From an uncultured Candidatus Saccharibacteria bacterium (GTDB lineage: Bacteria > Patescibacteriota > Minisyncoccia > Phycocordibacterales > UBA918): a stretch of DNA of 64,000 nucleotides. The stretch is taken from positions 457,973 through 521,972 of the forward strand of contig CAYGLK010000001.1 of NCBI GenBank assembly GCA_964350985.1, in the 5' to 3' direction. Shown piece by piece: positions 41,117 to 50,742 of this stretch (positions are counted from its first letter, which is position 1; the number at the start of each line of letters is the position of its first letter). The position numbers were made by a program, and so were the translations under genes. Below the pieces are notes generated by a model. The model was not told the origin of the DNA. It searched no databases and worked only from the letters and a program-made list of their open reading frames with translations.

Positions 41117-41425
41117 TTGAGCTAGAAAAGACGCGGCCGGTGCGGCGGACTCATTGAGGGCTTTTGTGAGAATTCACAAAACAAAAGAACCAATGAGTGG
41201 ACAGCTCCTGTAAGGAGCCAACGAAGTCCACTTCACTACCAAATCTATATATACTTAGGTAAAACTTTATGGGAGATAGTTTTACGGGGACCAGTGCCGG
41301 AAAACTTAAATAAACTGACTCTATTTGAAAAACAAAACCCTCAGTTGACTGGAGGGTTTTGTTTTAAAGACAGAACCGAAGATTGTGGTGGTGGTATAAT
41401 TACACAAGTTTAATAACAAATAATT

Positions 41426-42745
41426 ATGAATAAAATTTTTCTAAATACTAAAGTTGTAGTAGTCCTACTAGTCGTCTTAGTCGCTGGTTTAGTTAACAAC
41501 ACTGCAGAAGCAAAAGCTAATTTTAGCAACAAAGTCACTTCTTTAGAAAAATCGTATACTGAAGGTGATCAAATCTCTTTTAATATAACCGGAACAGACT
41601 CAGATAGGAAAAAACTGACTAAAGACCTTGGTTATCACGTTCAGTTTAATGTTGTCCGAAAAAATTCCAAAGACTCAAACGGTGTTGGTTTTAACGCTGA
41701 ATACAGCTATGAACTAAATCAATGGGTGGGAAAATTTCTTGCACCAGAAGTAGGAACTTACAAAATTGAAATTGTGCTTTATTGCGCTACGGAAAAATGT
41801 GACCGTAATAATTACTCAGATTCTCAGCAAGTTATTAAAAAATCCTTTAGTGTAAAAAAGTCTAAGTCTAAGAAATTTAAAAACTCTACCGTTCTTAACG
41901 AAGGATATGTAACTAACGATTTTGCCAGTGATCAAAATCCAGCTATAGCAGAGCTTGTAGACGGAAGCTTCGTTGTATATTACAACTCAAGCACTCCTGA
42001 AGGAACTAATGGAATATTCGTAACAACATCAAAAGATGGTAAAAAGTGGACAAAGCCAAAGTTCTTTTCAGACAGCTGGGGAAATCTTAATGCCATAGCA
42101 GATAGAAAATATAATTTATTACTTCAAACCGGCGCTGAAGGTGGATTGTCAATTATAAATAACAAGAAAAAAGAGAGATCAGTTAAACCTACTGTTGCCA
42201 ATGACAGCGTTGGTTCAATAATAAAAGCGAAGGATGGATACTACTACGTTAGCTACAGCTCGAACAATCCAACCAATGTATATTTAACTAGGACAAAAAA
42301 CTTAAAAAGCTGGTCAAAACCAATTAAAATTTCTTCTGGATCAGACTTTGAGTTTGATTCATCTCTAACCCAAATGAATGATGGTTCATTTTATGTAGCC
42401 TACAACAGCTACTCAGACAAAGGGGTGAGCATTAAATACTCAACAGATGGAAAAAAATGGAAATCGGAAAAGACATTCCTCACTAAAACTGATGCCCAAA
42501 GTGGAATCTCAATGGTAGTTGTAAATAGCAGACCGGTAGTCTTTTGGTCTTCAAATTACATTACATATTACAGTTACAAAACAGCAACTGGTTGGACGAC
42601 ACCTGAGGTAGCTTTGACGGGAACCCCTCTTGGTATCGATCCAATAGTAAGTAAAGACGGCACTATTATTGCAGTTTATGCGACAGAACAAAATAATCAA
42701 CGAGATATAAAGATTAAAAACCTAGGCACACTCAACATAAAATAG
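41426..42745 (+). CDS. secreted BNR/Asp-box beta-propeller (sialidase-like) protein
   Basis: Signal peptide; TSKDGKKW, YSTDGKKW Asp-box repeats. Confidence 0.65.
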   Translation: MNKIFLNTKVVVVLLVVLVAGLVNNTAEAKANFSNKVTSLEKSYTEGDQISFNITGTDSDRKKLTKDLGYHVQFNVVRKNSKDSNGVGFNAEYSYELNQWVGKFLAPEVGTYKIEIVLYCATEKCDRNNYSDSQQVIKKSFSVKKSKSKKFKNSTVLNEGYVTNDFASDQNPAIAELVDGSFVVYYNSSTPEGTNGIFVTTSKDGKKWTKPKFFSDSWGNLNAIADRKYNLLLQTGAEGGLSIINNKKKERSVKPTVANDSVGSIIKAKDGYYYVSYSSNNPTNVYLTRTKNLKSWSKPIKISSGSDFEFDSSLTQMNDGSFYVAYNSYSDKGVSIKYSTDGKKWKSEKTFLTKTDAQSGISMVVVNSRPVVFWSSNYITYYSYKTATGWTTPEVALTGTPLGIDPIVSKDGTIIAVYATEQNNQRDIKIKNLGTLNIK

Positions 42746-42794
42746 ATAAAAATATTACCCTTGCGTTAACCGGGAATAATTGAGGTCCTGGAAT

Positions 42795-42847
42795 GTTTTG
42801 TTTTTTACCCTTATGCGGTAAAATAGCACCACTAGAAAATAATTTTG
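42795..42847 (+). repeat. 53-bp direct repeat of the trxB upstream region (other copy 44182-44234)
   Basis: GTTTTGTTTTTTACCCTTATGCGGTAAAATAGCACCACTA(G/C)AAAATAATTTTG, one mismatch. Confidence 0.9.
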
Positions 42848-43543
42848 AGAGATTTCGTGAGAATAGAAAATTATCTAAACACCGATAAGGACGATTTAAA
42901 ATCTAGAAAATTTAATATTTTTGTTGGAGTTAGCCTTGGAAGCAAGTATTTTTCAAAAGAAAGAATTAAGGATTATTTGCTGTGGGCCTTAGCGCATACA
43001 AAGGAAAAAGTTGCCGTTCTCATTCCAGACAAAATACATGCGGTAAACCATGAAGTGAGGAGCAGTTACTCCAAAGAGCGTGCAAAAAACCTATCGTTTA
43101 GAGAGGGTGAAGAAGTTAAAGAAATTGTCGAAACCATCTTGTCAGAAATTGAACCTGAGAAGCGTTCGCTTGTGAATATTTTAAAGTGGGAAAATATTGA
43201 GACGAAAGAACATAAATCTATAGTAAAGATTTTACACAAGGAATTTAAGAATAATATAAACTTTAGAAACTCAATCATCGAAATAGTGAAGGATAGTATG
43301 AAATCAAAGAAGTTGACCGACTCTGATTATGAAAGACTTGCTGTTTACCCTCTCGAAGAGTTACCTATGCTAATTAATGGAATTGTACATAATGAATTGA
43401 TGTATACTTTACTTCCGTATCCTGGAACATCTAAAATTGATTATCTGGCGATTGACTTACAGGAAGGATTGAGTTTTCCTGAAGTAACAAATAAAATAAA
43501 GACAGGGAGAAAACTTCATCTAATCGAAGCTTATGCAACATGA
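42845..43543 (+). CDS. tRNA-dependent cyclodipeptide synthase (CDPS)
   Basis: About 230 aa; FVGVSLGSKYF (catalytic Ser) and YPLEELP (YxxxExP) motifs; start may be GTG at 42857. Confidence 0.75.
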   Translation: MRDFVRIENYLNTDKDDLKSRKFNIFVGVSLGSKYFSKERIKDYLLWALAHTKEKVAVLIPDKIHAVNHEVRSSYSKERAKNLSFREGEEVKEIVETILSEIEPEKRSLVNILKWENIETKEHKSIVKILHKEFKNNINFRNSIIEIVKDSMKSKKLTDSDYERLAVYPLEELPMLINGIVHNELMYTLLPYPGTSKIDYLAIDLQEGLSFPEVTNKIKTGRKLHLIEAYAT

Positions 43544-44091
43544 CCATGGAACACAGACCAAATAAATTTGGAGCAGAAAAATCTATTGAGAATGTAGATT
43601 TTCGAATCGTTGAAAAAAATGAACAAGTCAAAAAAAACTTAATGGATCTTTTACATGAATATCCAAACCATTTTATTCCTGGACTCTTTGAAAAAACAGC
43701 TGAAAAAGATTTTGATGCTTCCGATGTTATGTTGGCATACGATGGAGACACACCTGTTGGATGTCTTATGTTCAATAGGTCAACTAAAGAATTTAATTGG
43801 TTAGCAGTTACGCGAGATACAAAAATGCGTAGATCAGAAATTGCTAGGAGTCTTTTTGAAAGCTTTTATCCAACCATTGAATCAGGGACAAAAGTCGTCG
43901 CTTTTCCAAATACTGAAGATGCATCCATTCCAGGTCAACCAACCTTTTCCGGTCAGAATTTTGATGCTGCGAGAAAACTATACAGATCAATGGGTTGGGA
44001 TATGAGTGAAGAGAATAGAGTCGAAAATAAATATGGCGAAGGTGCCCACGTTTATAGAGTAGAATGGGTTCCAAACAAAAATCCTGAATAA
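43540..44091 (+). CDS. GNAT-like acetyltransferase
   Basis: LAYDGDTPVG..., WLAV, ARKLYRSMGW; overlaps CDPS stop. Confidence 0.6.
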   Translation: MTMEHRPNKFGAEKSIENVDFRIVEKNEQVKKNLMDLLHEYPNHFIPGLFEKTAEKDFDASDVMLAYDGDTPVGCLMFNRSTKEFNWLAVTRDTKMRRSEIARSLFESFYPTIESGTKVVAFPNTEDASIPGQPTFSGQNFDAARKLYRSMGWDMSEENRVENKYGEGAHVYRVEWVPNKNPE

Positions 44092-44240
44092 CAATAGAAA
44101 CCCATTTTGTACTAAAATGACGTTGATGATTGGTTACTAAAAAGACTCTTACTTAAACAAAACCTTTCAGTTAACTGAAAGGTTTTGTTTTTTACCCTTA
44201 TGCGGTAAAATAGCACCACTACAAAATAATTTTGCCTTTT

Positions 44241-45164
44241 ATGTTTGAATTGACGATTATCGGTGGCGGACCAGCTGGAACAGCGGCCGGAGTCTACGCG
44301 TCTCGAAAACAACTAAAAACTCTCTTGGTAACCAAAGAATGGGGTGGCCAAAGTACTGTCTCTCCAGATATTCAAAACTGGATTGGTACCACCTCTATTG
44401 CTGGCGACAAATTAGCCTCTGACCTTAAAGGTCACCTAGAGGCCTATGCTGGTGATTACGTCACTGTTAAGGGTAATTCTTTAGTTACAACCATCACTAA
44501 GTCAGAAGCTGGCTTCTCAGTCACTCTAGACTCAGGTGAAACTTTCGAAACTAAAACAATCTTAGTTGCCAGCGGATCAAAGCGTCGCCAATTACCCGCT
44601 AAGAATGCAGACATTTTCGAACACAAAGGTCTAACCTACTGTGCTAGTTGCGATGGACCATTGTTTAGTGGACAAGATGTAGTTGTTATCGGTGGCGGTA
44701 ATGCTGCTTTTGAAACAGCTGCTCAGCTACTTGCCTACACTAAGAGTGTTACCTTGCTGCAACGCGGTGGTATCTACAAAGCTGATCCAGTAACGGTAGA
44801 GAAAGTACTCAGTCACCCAAACATGACTGGCGTACTAAATGCTCAAGTAACTGAAGTTTCTGGTGACAAATTTGTTTCTGGACTAACCTACTTAGACGGA
44901 CAAACAAATGAAAGTACGGAGATTAAAGCTACTGGTATATTTGTTGAGATCGGAATGATTCCAAACACTGACTACTTAAAAAACGTAGTTGAACTAGATC
45001 AGTACCAAAGAGTAGCGATTGACCCATGGTCTCAGAAGACAAACACTCCTGGTATCTGGGCAGCTGGTGATTGTACCAACGTGCTCTACCACCAAAATAA
45101 CATCGCTGCTGGCGATGCTGTACGGGCACTAGAAGACATCTACGTTACACTAAAGACTAAGTAA
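44241..45164 (+). CDS. trxB: thioredoxin reductase / AhpF-like FAD oxidoreductase
   Basis: IIGGGPAG, YCASCDG, IGGGNAA, WAAGD. Confidence 0.85.
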   Translation: MFELTIIGGGPAGTAAGVYASRKQLKTLLVTKEWGGQSTVSPDIQNWIGTTSIAGDKLASDLKGHLEAYAGDYVTVKGNSLVTTITKSEAGFSVTLDSGETFETKTILVASGSKRRQLPAKNADIFEHKGLTYCASCDGPLFSGQDVVVIGGGNAAFETAAQLLAYTKSVTLLQRGGIYKADPVTVEKVLSHPNMTGVLNAQVTEVSGDKFVSGLTYLDGQTNESTEIKATGIFVEIGMIPNTDYLKNVVELDQYQRVAIDPWSQKTNTPGIWAAGDCTNVLYHQNNIAAGDAVRALEDIYVTLKTK

Positions 45165-45363
45165 TCGCTCAAATATTAAAATACGTAAAAGGCGCCCCTC
45201 CAGGCGCCTTTTACTTTGTACAACGTAGAGTTTTGGCCTGCGCGCTTTGCCCTTAAAGAGCGTTGTATTAGAGATACATTACCACCGCGCAAACCTACAA
45301 ACAGCTTCTCATAGATTAGTAAGTAGAGTCAATCGGTTAATAAAAGCTTATTTACAGCCACAC

Positions 45364-45430
45364 TGTGTATAAAGGTGTGTAAAAACCATGCATAACTGTG
45401 TGTAAAGGTTTTGTATAACTATGAGTAAAA
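45364..45430 (-). promoter_or_regulatory. array of six DnaA-box-like 9-mers
   Basis: TGTGTATAA, TGTGTAAAA, CATGCATAA, TGTGTAAAG, TTTGTATAA, TGAGTAAAA at 12/11-bp spacing. Confidence 0.55.
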
Positions 45431-45469
45431 CTACTTGACTCGGTTTAGAAAATACTTTGAGATTTATGC

Positions 45470-46210
45470 TTATCCAGCAAAGAAAGTCCCCACGTAGTAA
45501 GCGATCAAAGCAGCTGCTACTCCAACAGTAACTACTTCTACCATTGCTGCCATCAGAGCTCCTCCTACCACTCGCCACTTTAGGAGACCAAGTAAGATCA
45601 AAGCGAAGAAAGTTCCGATCACTGAAAGTGTAAATACATTTGAAACCGTTCCCTCAGGAATAAAAATAAATGGTAGAAGTGGAATGACTCCAAAAACCAT
45701 GAAGGATAAGAAAGTAGCTGTTCCTGTCATGACTGGGTTTGATCCACGCGGATCAGCCATTTCCAACTTGTGGTTCATCATAAAGTCCACTAAGTACTCA
45801 TGGTTCTTTCCATAGATAGAAGCCAGTGTTTCAGCGTCTTCTGGAGTAAAGCCTTTTTCCATCATCAAAGCTACAGCAGCAGCTCGTTCCCCTGCTGGAT
45901 TATTTTTTAAATGTGCCTCTTCTTTCACTCTAGCTGCGTTATACAGATCCTTCTCTGACCGTACTGACAAGAAGTTTCCTAGACCCATAGAGGCAGCGTC
46001 AGCAAAAAGATTAGCCAAACCGAACAAAAGCACGACCACAAAAGTTAACTGTGTAGAGGTGTCGCTTGAGACTGCTGCACCGGCAAAACCAGCCACAACC
46101 GCAAAAGTAGTAATAATTCCATCAATTCCTCCGTAGATTACCTCTGTAAAATACTCTGCTAAAGGTGAAGTCTTCTTCACTTCCACTCCTTGATTGTTGG
46201 TTAAATTCAT
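45470..46210 (-). CDS. VIT1/CCC1 family metal transporter
   Basis: IYGGIDGIITTFAVVAG, GLANLFADAASMGLG. Confidence 0.9.
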   Translation of the reverse strand: MNLTNNQGVEVKKTSPLAEYFTEVIYGGIDGIITTFAVVAGFAGAAVSSDTSTQLTFVVVLLFGLANLFADAASMGLGNFLSVRSEKDLYNAARVKEEAHLKNNPAGERAAAVALMMEKGFTPEDAETLASIYGKNHEYLVDFMMNHKLEMADPRGSNPVMTGTATFLSFMVFGVIPLLPFIFIPEGTVSNVFTLSVIGTFFALILLGLLKWRVVGGALMAAMVEVVTVGVAAALIAYYVGTFFAG

Positions 46211-46290
46211 ATGAAAAAAGTATAACACGATATTAAAACCCTAGAAATTTTCCCTATTTTTGCTACTATAGTGGCCGTAGCGAAGATACT

Positions 46291-46362
46291 GGCCCTATCG
46301 TATAACGGCTAGTACACAGGATTCTCATTCCTGGAATCGGAGTTCGATTCTCCGTAGGGTCA
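46291..46362 (+). tRNA. tRNA-Glu(CTC)
   Basis: GGCCCTA/TAGGGTC acceptor, CAGGA-TTCTCAT-TCCTG anticodon arm. Confidence 0.93.
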
Positions 46363-46586
46363 CGAGTACAAAAAAGCGCACCTTAGGGCGCCTTTTTTGT
46401 TCGTGATCCCGCAACTAAACAGTCTGGAGGAATGTTTACGTGAGAATCGAAAAACTTTTGAGATATTTCAGAAATGAAGTGAAAGATTATACTTTGTGAT
46501 TCGTGACCACAAAATAATATTGATTTCATAGTTTTAAAAAAGAGACCAGTGTCTTGCACCAGCCTCTTTTGTGGTTTGTGAAACTA

Positions 46587-46988
46587 TTACCATCCACTAT
46601 CATTTGCCGGCCCTTCTTTGAGACCGTGGTATATGAACCATAAGCTAGTACAAATGACAGGAATGCTCACAAGGTATGCCCAGAGAGTATTTTCTTGAAG
46701 TGCGTATTTCCCGGCAACTACGCCCCATACGAGACATGTGACAGAAACAGAAACAGTGAAGCCTTTGGCCAGTCCACCTGTAGGAACACGTCCGGTCATT
46801 TTTTCACCGACCAGCCAGTAGATTGAACAAAAAAGTATGAACGAAAACACGCTTCCTGCTATCCAGTCGTGAATCAATTCACGTGGAAGTACATAACCCG
46901 TACCGAGGCAGAACATTGCAGCAGCTAGTGTTAAACAAATAGATACGTTTCTGTCCTTTCTTTCCCAGCTACTTAAGTCTTTTTTCAT
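46587..46988 (-). CDS. 4-TM hypothetical membrane protein (cassette)
   Basis: AGGAGG RBS before MKKDL; own TTGACA promoter. Confidence 0.7.
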   Translation of the reverse strand: MKKDLSSWERKDRNVSICLTLAAAMFCLGTGYVLPRELIHDWIAGSVFSFILFCSIYWLVGEKMTGRVPTGGLAKGFTVSVSVTCLVWGVVAGKYALQENTLWAYLVSIPVICTSLWFIYHGLKEGPANDSGW

Positions 46989-47099
46989 GACATCGCCTCC
47001 TCTTAGTAAGAACAAATAGTCTTAGCTATATTATCTTTTTGTATATAAATGTCAAAGCGACTCATTTTATTGATTCAATAAAAATTGAATTGAATAAAT

Positions 47100-47127
47100 G
47101 GTTCCAATTCGTACTACATAGGGTCAC
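47100..47127 (+). repeat. cassette junction GGTTCCAATTCGTACTACATAGGGTCAC, copy 1
   Basis: Identical 28-mer at 50565 and 51241; last 9 nt equal the tRNA-Glu 3' end. Confidence 0.9.
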
Positions 47128-47199
47128 CAATTCGTGCTAGCACGAGAAGCATACAAAAATAGCTCCGAAAGGAGCTATTTTTGTATGCTTACTGCCAGA

Positions 47200-47781
47200 T
47201 TAGCCAACCTGTCTTATCCAGTCACGAGTTATGCTATGAATTCTACCTATTTCAATTTCAGGCAAAATCCCCGTATGCATTATTATATTTCTTGATAATT
47301 CAAGGTCGTTAAATCGAGAAGAAATCCAATGTTGATCAGGAAAAAGGTCTGAAAAATCTTCCCAATTATTCACAATGATTTGTGAAAGATTACCAAACAT
47401 CGTATATCCAATGAGAGAAGAGCTTCTTTGAGCATGGTATTTATTTTTCTCCTCTTTTGTTCTCAAATCATTTGCTGATTTTTTTACCCTTTCAGGGACA
47501 CAAATATCCCACCAAGCCTGCCCTTTTCTATCTGCAAGCCGATCTTCAATAAGGTCTCTTACCGCATTCTCTAGACAAAAGAAAACCTCATAAACATTTC
47601 CCATATTTTTCGCCTTGTTCAACAAAACTGGGCTAAAATCACTTTCTTCAATCGTAGCTAATTCAGTTTTATTCTCTATTCCAACTTCAATCCCTTCTTT
47701 TGCTAGAGACAATAGATCGTCTGTAGCCAAGATTCCGTTGAAAGCTAACTTTTTTAAAGATTTAATGTGTCTAGCTTCCAT
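47200..47781 (-). CDS. Swt1-family HEPN domain protein
   Basis: CLENAVRDLI, NNWEDF and RNIIMH (RxxxxH) motifs. Confidence 0.75.
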   Translation of the reverse strand: MEARHIKSLKKLAFNGILATDDLLSLAKEGIEVGIENKTELATIEESDFSPVLLNKAKNMGNVYEVFFCLENAVRDLIEDRLADRKGQAWWDICVPERVKKSANDLRTKEEKNKYHAQRSSSLIGYTMFGNLSQIIVNNWEDFSDLFPDQHWISSRFNDLELSRNIIMHTGILPEIEIGRIHSITRDWIRQVG

Positions 47782-47785
47782 ATAC

Positions 47786-48418
47786 CTAATCGACTAGATT
47801 ATCTCTAAGGCTTTTAAAAATCGCATTGTAGACACTAATATCAGTTGTTGCAGGCAGGTGTATTTCTATGTTGTGCTGAAAACTTATAGCTCTAGGCTCA
47901 TTCTGTAATTCGACCACTTCCTTAGTCGCAGGTTTTACGTCTGAAACCTTATCTGTGGTTTCTTTTGTAGAGATTTCTTTATTAGACAAACTCGGAGATT
48001 GTCCAAACTTAGCTAATGTAGTAAGTGTTTTGAAAGTTAGAAAATACCTAGCTACTGCCACTTCATCTTTTCCTGTTATTCTCGATATAGCTCCTTTTAT
48101 TTCATCATCCGTTTTTGTATAAATCTCAGTATCAATAATAAACAAATCTTTATAAAGATCTTTTATTTTTTCACCAAGAACAAATTTCCAGTCAGATGAA
48201 TCTCTGAGTCTGTCATAGTATTCAGTCGGAACACCATCCTCTGTCATAAAACCAAGTTTTTTTAAAAGTGGAATTATCGCTCTGTCATTTGTACTCGAGA
48301 ACCCTAATTGTTTAAGAAATTCATATGTAAATTTCGTAGGCTTTGCAGCAGCACGAATTTTACTAAAAATAGGTTCAATCTTATTATTAGTTAGTACGTA
48401 AGGATATGAATCAGCCAT
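47786..48418 (-). CDS. DUF5343-like protein
   Basis: P.KFT.EFLKQLGF.STNDR...LLKKLGF...GVPT..Y; C-terminal NIEIHLPAT. Confidence 0.65.
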   Translation of the reverse strand: MADSYPYVLTNNKIEPIFSKIRAAAKPTKFTYEFLKQLGFSSTNDRAIIPLLKKLGFMTEDGVPTEYYDRLRDSSDWKFVLGEKIKDLYKDLFIIDTEIYTKTDDEIKGAISRITGKDEVAVARYFLTFKTLTTLAKFGQSPSLSNKEISTKETTDKVSDVKPATKEVVELQNEPRAISFQHNIEIHLPATTDISVYNAIFKSLRDNLVD

Positions 48419-48679
48419 AAGTTATAAAAGTTAATATTAAGATGTTTGACATATTATATTATAAAATGACAGATTTGACACACTTCATAAAAAAACACTT
48501 TGAAAAGCTCGGCGCACGAGAAGGGTCGTTAAGATTTCTGTGTCACTAGTCAAAATTGCCTTACAGGGCAATAAGTTGACGAGGTTCTATCTCGAGAAGG
48601 CTCACAAATTTTACAGTCTCATATTAAGCTACGTTTAAACAACTACAAAGGGACGTTGGAACCGTGGTAGAATTTTTGT

Positions 48680-49546
48680 ATGAAAATAGGAACATGGAAT
48701 TTAAAATTTCTTTTCGATGAAGGAACTCGGCTCTATTCTGGAGTTGAAACAGAATTTACAAAAGAGTTTGTTGAAAAACGATTTACATACTTTGCAGAAC
48801 AGTTTGATTTACTTGATTGTGATATTTTATTTTTGCAAGAAGTTGGAGACAAAAGTGCTTTAGAAAAAATAGTTGCTCAGACAAAAAATGATTATTCATA
48901 TTTTATTGCTAATCCAGATGCATACGGAACAGGAAATGCTGTTATTTATAAAAGTAACCTAAACTGCAAATGTGAATCTGTCTCTACGAATAGTACGGTG
49001 CCGGTATTTAATGAGGAAGATACTGACACTATTACTAACAGAATAAAATCCCGCAGAGACTACGTTAAACTTGAGACGACAGTAAATAATCAAGCGCTAG
49101 TACTAGTAGGGCTACACATTAAGGCACGATTTCTTGTATATAAAAATGGAAGTAGTTTTCCAAACGAAGAAGAAAAAGATTCTCAAGTTTTGGCTGCAGA
49201 TGGTGCAATACGTTCTGAGATATTTAGATTAAACCAAGCCAAGAAAGTTAGAGAAATTGCGAGCAATGTTTTAGGTAATGAAAATACTCACTTCATAGCT
49301 TTAGGAGATTTTAATGCTGAGCAAAATTCTGAAGTAGTAAAGATAATTCGGGGAGGGATTAAGGATAGACATGACACACTCAGACTGATAACTGAAGATT
49401 CAGCAATTGACCATATCTTTGTTTCTCAGTCACTGGAAGAGAAAGTGTCTAATATAGAAATACTAAATGAATTAAAAGCTTCTGACGGCGGTGCTGAAAT
49501 CGTTGAAAGTGACCACGCTCCCATAACATTTAAACTGCAGTTTTAG
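48680..49546 (+). CDS. endonuclease/exonuclease/phosphatase family protein
   Basis: TWNL, LQEV, LGDFN, IDHI, SDHAP. Confidence 0.88.
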   Translation: MKIGTWNLKFLFDEGTRLYSGVETEFTKEFVEKRFTYFAEQFDLLDCDILFLQEVGDKSALEKIVAQTKNDYSYFIANPDAYGTGNAVIYKSNLNCKCESVSTNSTVPVFNEEDTDTITNRIKSRRDYVKLETTVNNQALVLVGLHIKARFLVYKNGSSFPNEEEKDSQVLAADGAIRSEIFRLNQAKKVREIASNVLGNENTHFIALGDFNAEQNSEVVKIIRGGIKDRHDTLRLITEDSAIDHIFVSQSLEEKVSNIEILNELKASDGGAEIVESDHAPITFKLQF

Positions 49547-49699
49547 TCTTAATTCTTAATCTCAGCTCACCCTCTAGTTGCTTAACTATTTCGTTCCGAT
49601 TCCGTCTCAGTTAGATAACAACGACTTTTGAGATTAATTTAAAAGGATTATTTTTATTAACCAAGAAGATACTTGGAACTTTTGTTATACTTGAGATAT

Positions 49700-50545
49700 A
49701 TGGAATCTATTAATACAGAACCTGACCAAGAAATGGTACCTTCAGAACAGACCCAAATAATCTTGAATATACTTAAAGAGGTAGAGCAGATTGTCCTAAG
49801 ATACTTTAAAACTGGAGTCGGGGTTGAATATAAAAAAGATGCCTATGACCCAGTGACTATTGCAGACAAAGAAGCAGATAAACATATTAGAGAAGCAATT
49901 GCTCGGCAGTTTCCAGGGGACGCAATCTTATCAGAAGAAAGCGAAATAATTCCAGAAAACTTCTCTGGGCGAGTTTGGATGATTGATCCTTTAAATGGCA
50001 CAAAATCTTTTATTAAAGGCTCCGACACCTTTGCTGTGGTTATGGGATTAGTTGAAGACGGAGTGCCTGTTTTAGGATGCGTTAGTCTACCTGCTCAGAA
50101 GATAACGTTCCATGCCGAAAGAGGAGCTGGGTCATTTAAGGAAATATCAGGAAAAAGAACTCGATTACAAAGTAGTTTAGTTTCTGAAATTGAGCAAGCT
50201 AGACTTATCACTCGCGAACCCAGTGCAGAAATCAGACCTTTAGAGCAAAAAGTCAGCCAACTGCCCTTCCTTGAAACCTTAGAACAAGGAAGTGGAGCAA
50301 AACTATGCATGATAGCAAACGGTGAAGCAGAGGCACATATAAATACTAACTCTAGAGCTTCAAAATGGGACATTGCTGCACTACAGCTTATTTTGGAAGA
50401 AGCCGGAGGTAAAGTTACAGACTTAGACGGAAAACCAATAAATTACACAGAAGCGGAAGTCTTACTTACAAGAAGCTATGTGGCTTCGGCTAACTCTGAA
50501 CTACACTCTAAAATTATTGCAGGATTAAGAAACCTTGAGGTGTAA
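49700..50545 (+). CDS. inositol monophosphatase / CysQ family
   Basis: PVTIAD, SEE, WMIDPLNGT, WDIAA...EEAGG. Confidence 0.88.
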   Translation: MESINTEPDQEMVPSEQTQIILNILKEVEQIVLRYFKTGVGVEYKKDAYDPVTIADKEADKHIREAIARQFPGDAILSEESEIIPENFSGRVWMIDPLNGTKSFIKGSDTFAVVMGLVEDGVPVLGCVSLPAQKITFHAERGAGSFKEISGKRTRLQSSLVSEIEQARLITREPSAEIRPLEQKVSQLPFLETLEQGSGAKLCMIANGEAEAHINTNSRASKWDIAALQLILEEAGGKVTDLDGKPINYTEAEVLLTRSYVASANSELHSKIIAGLRNLEV

Positions 50546-50564
50546 AACACTTGTTTTACTATCC

Positions 50565-50592
50565 GGTTCCAATTCGTACTACATAGGGTCAC
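50565..50592 (+). repeat. cassette junction, copy 2
   Basis: Exact 28-mer followed by a hairpin. Confidence 0.9.
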
Positions 50593-50742
50593 AACATATT
50601 TTCTTAGTAAAAGCACCCTTTGGGTGTTTTTGCTTTTGAATATCCTGTGAGCTTACGAGAAAAGTGCATAGATTGACAAAGTGAATATTGTGTGACAATA
50701 TCTGAGATGGAACACCTTCACACAACCAACAAGAGGTCCTGT

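Noticed and set aside
49560-49620. Possible further cassette junction (GTTCCGATTCCGT) between the EEP and IMPase genes
   Set aside because: Similarity to the 28-mer is too weak and the TAGGGTCAC core is absent.
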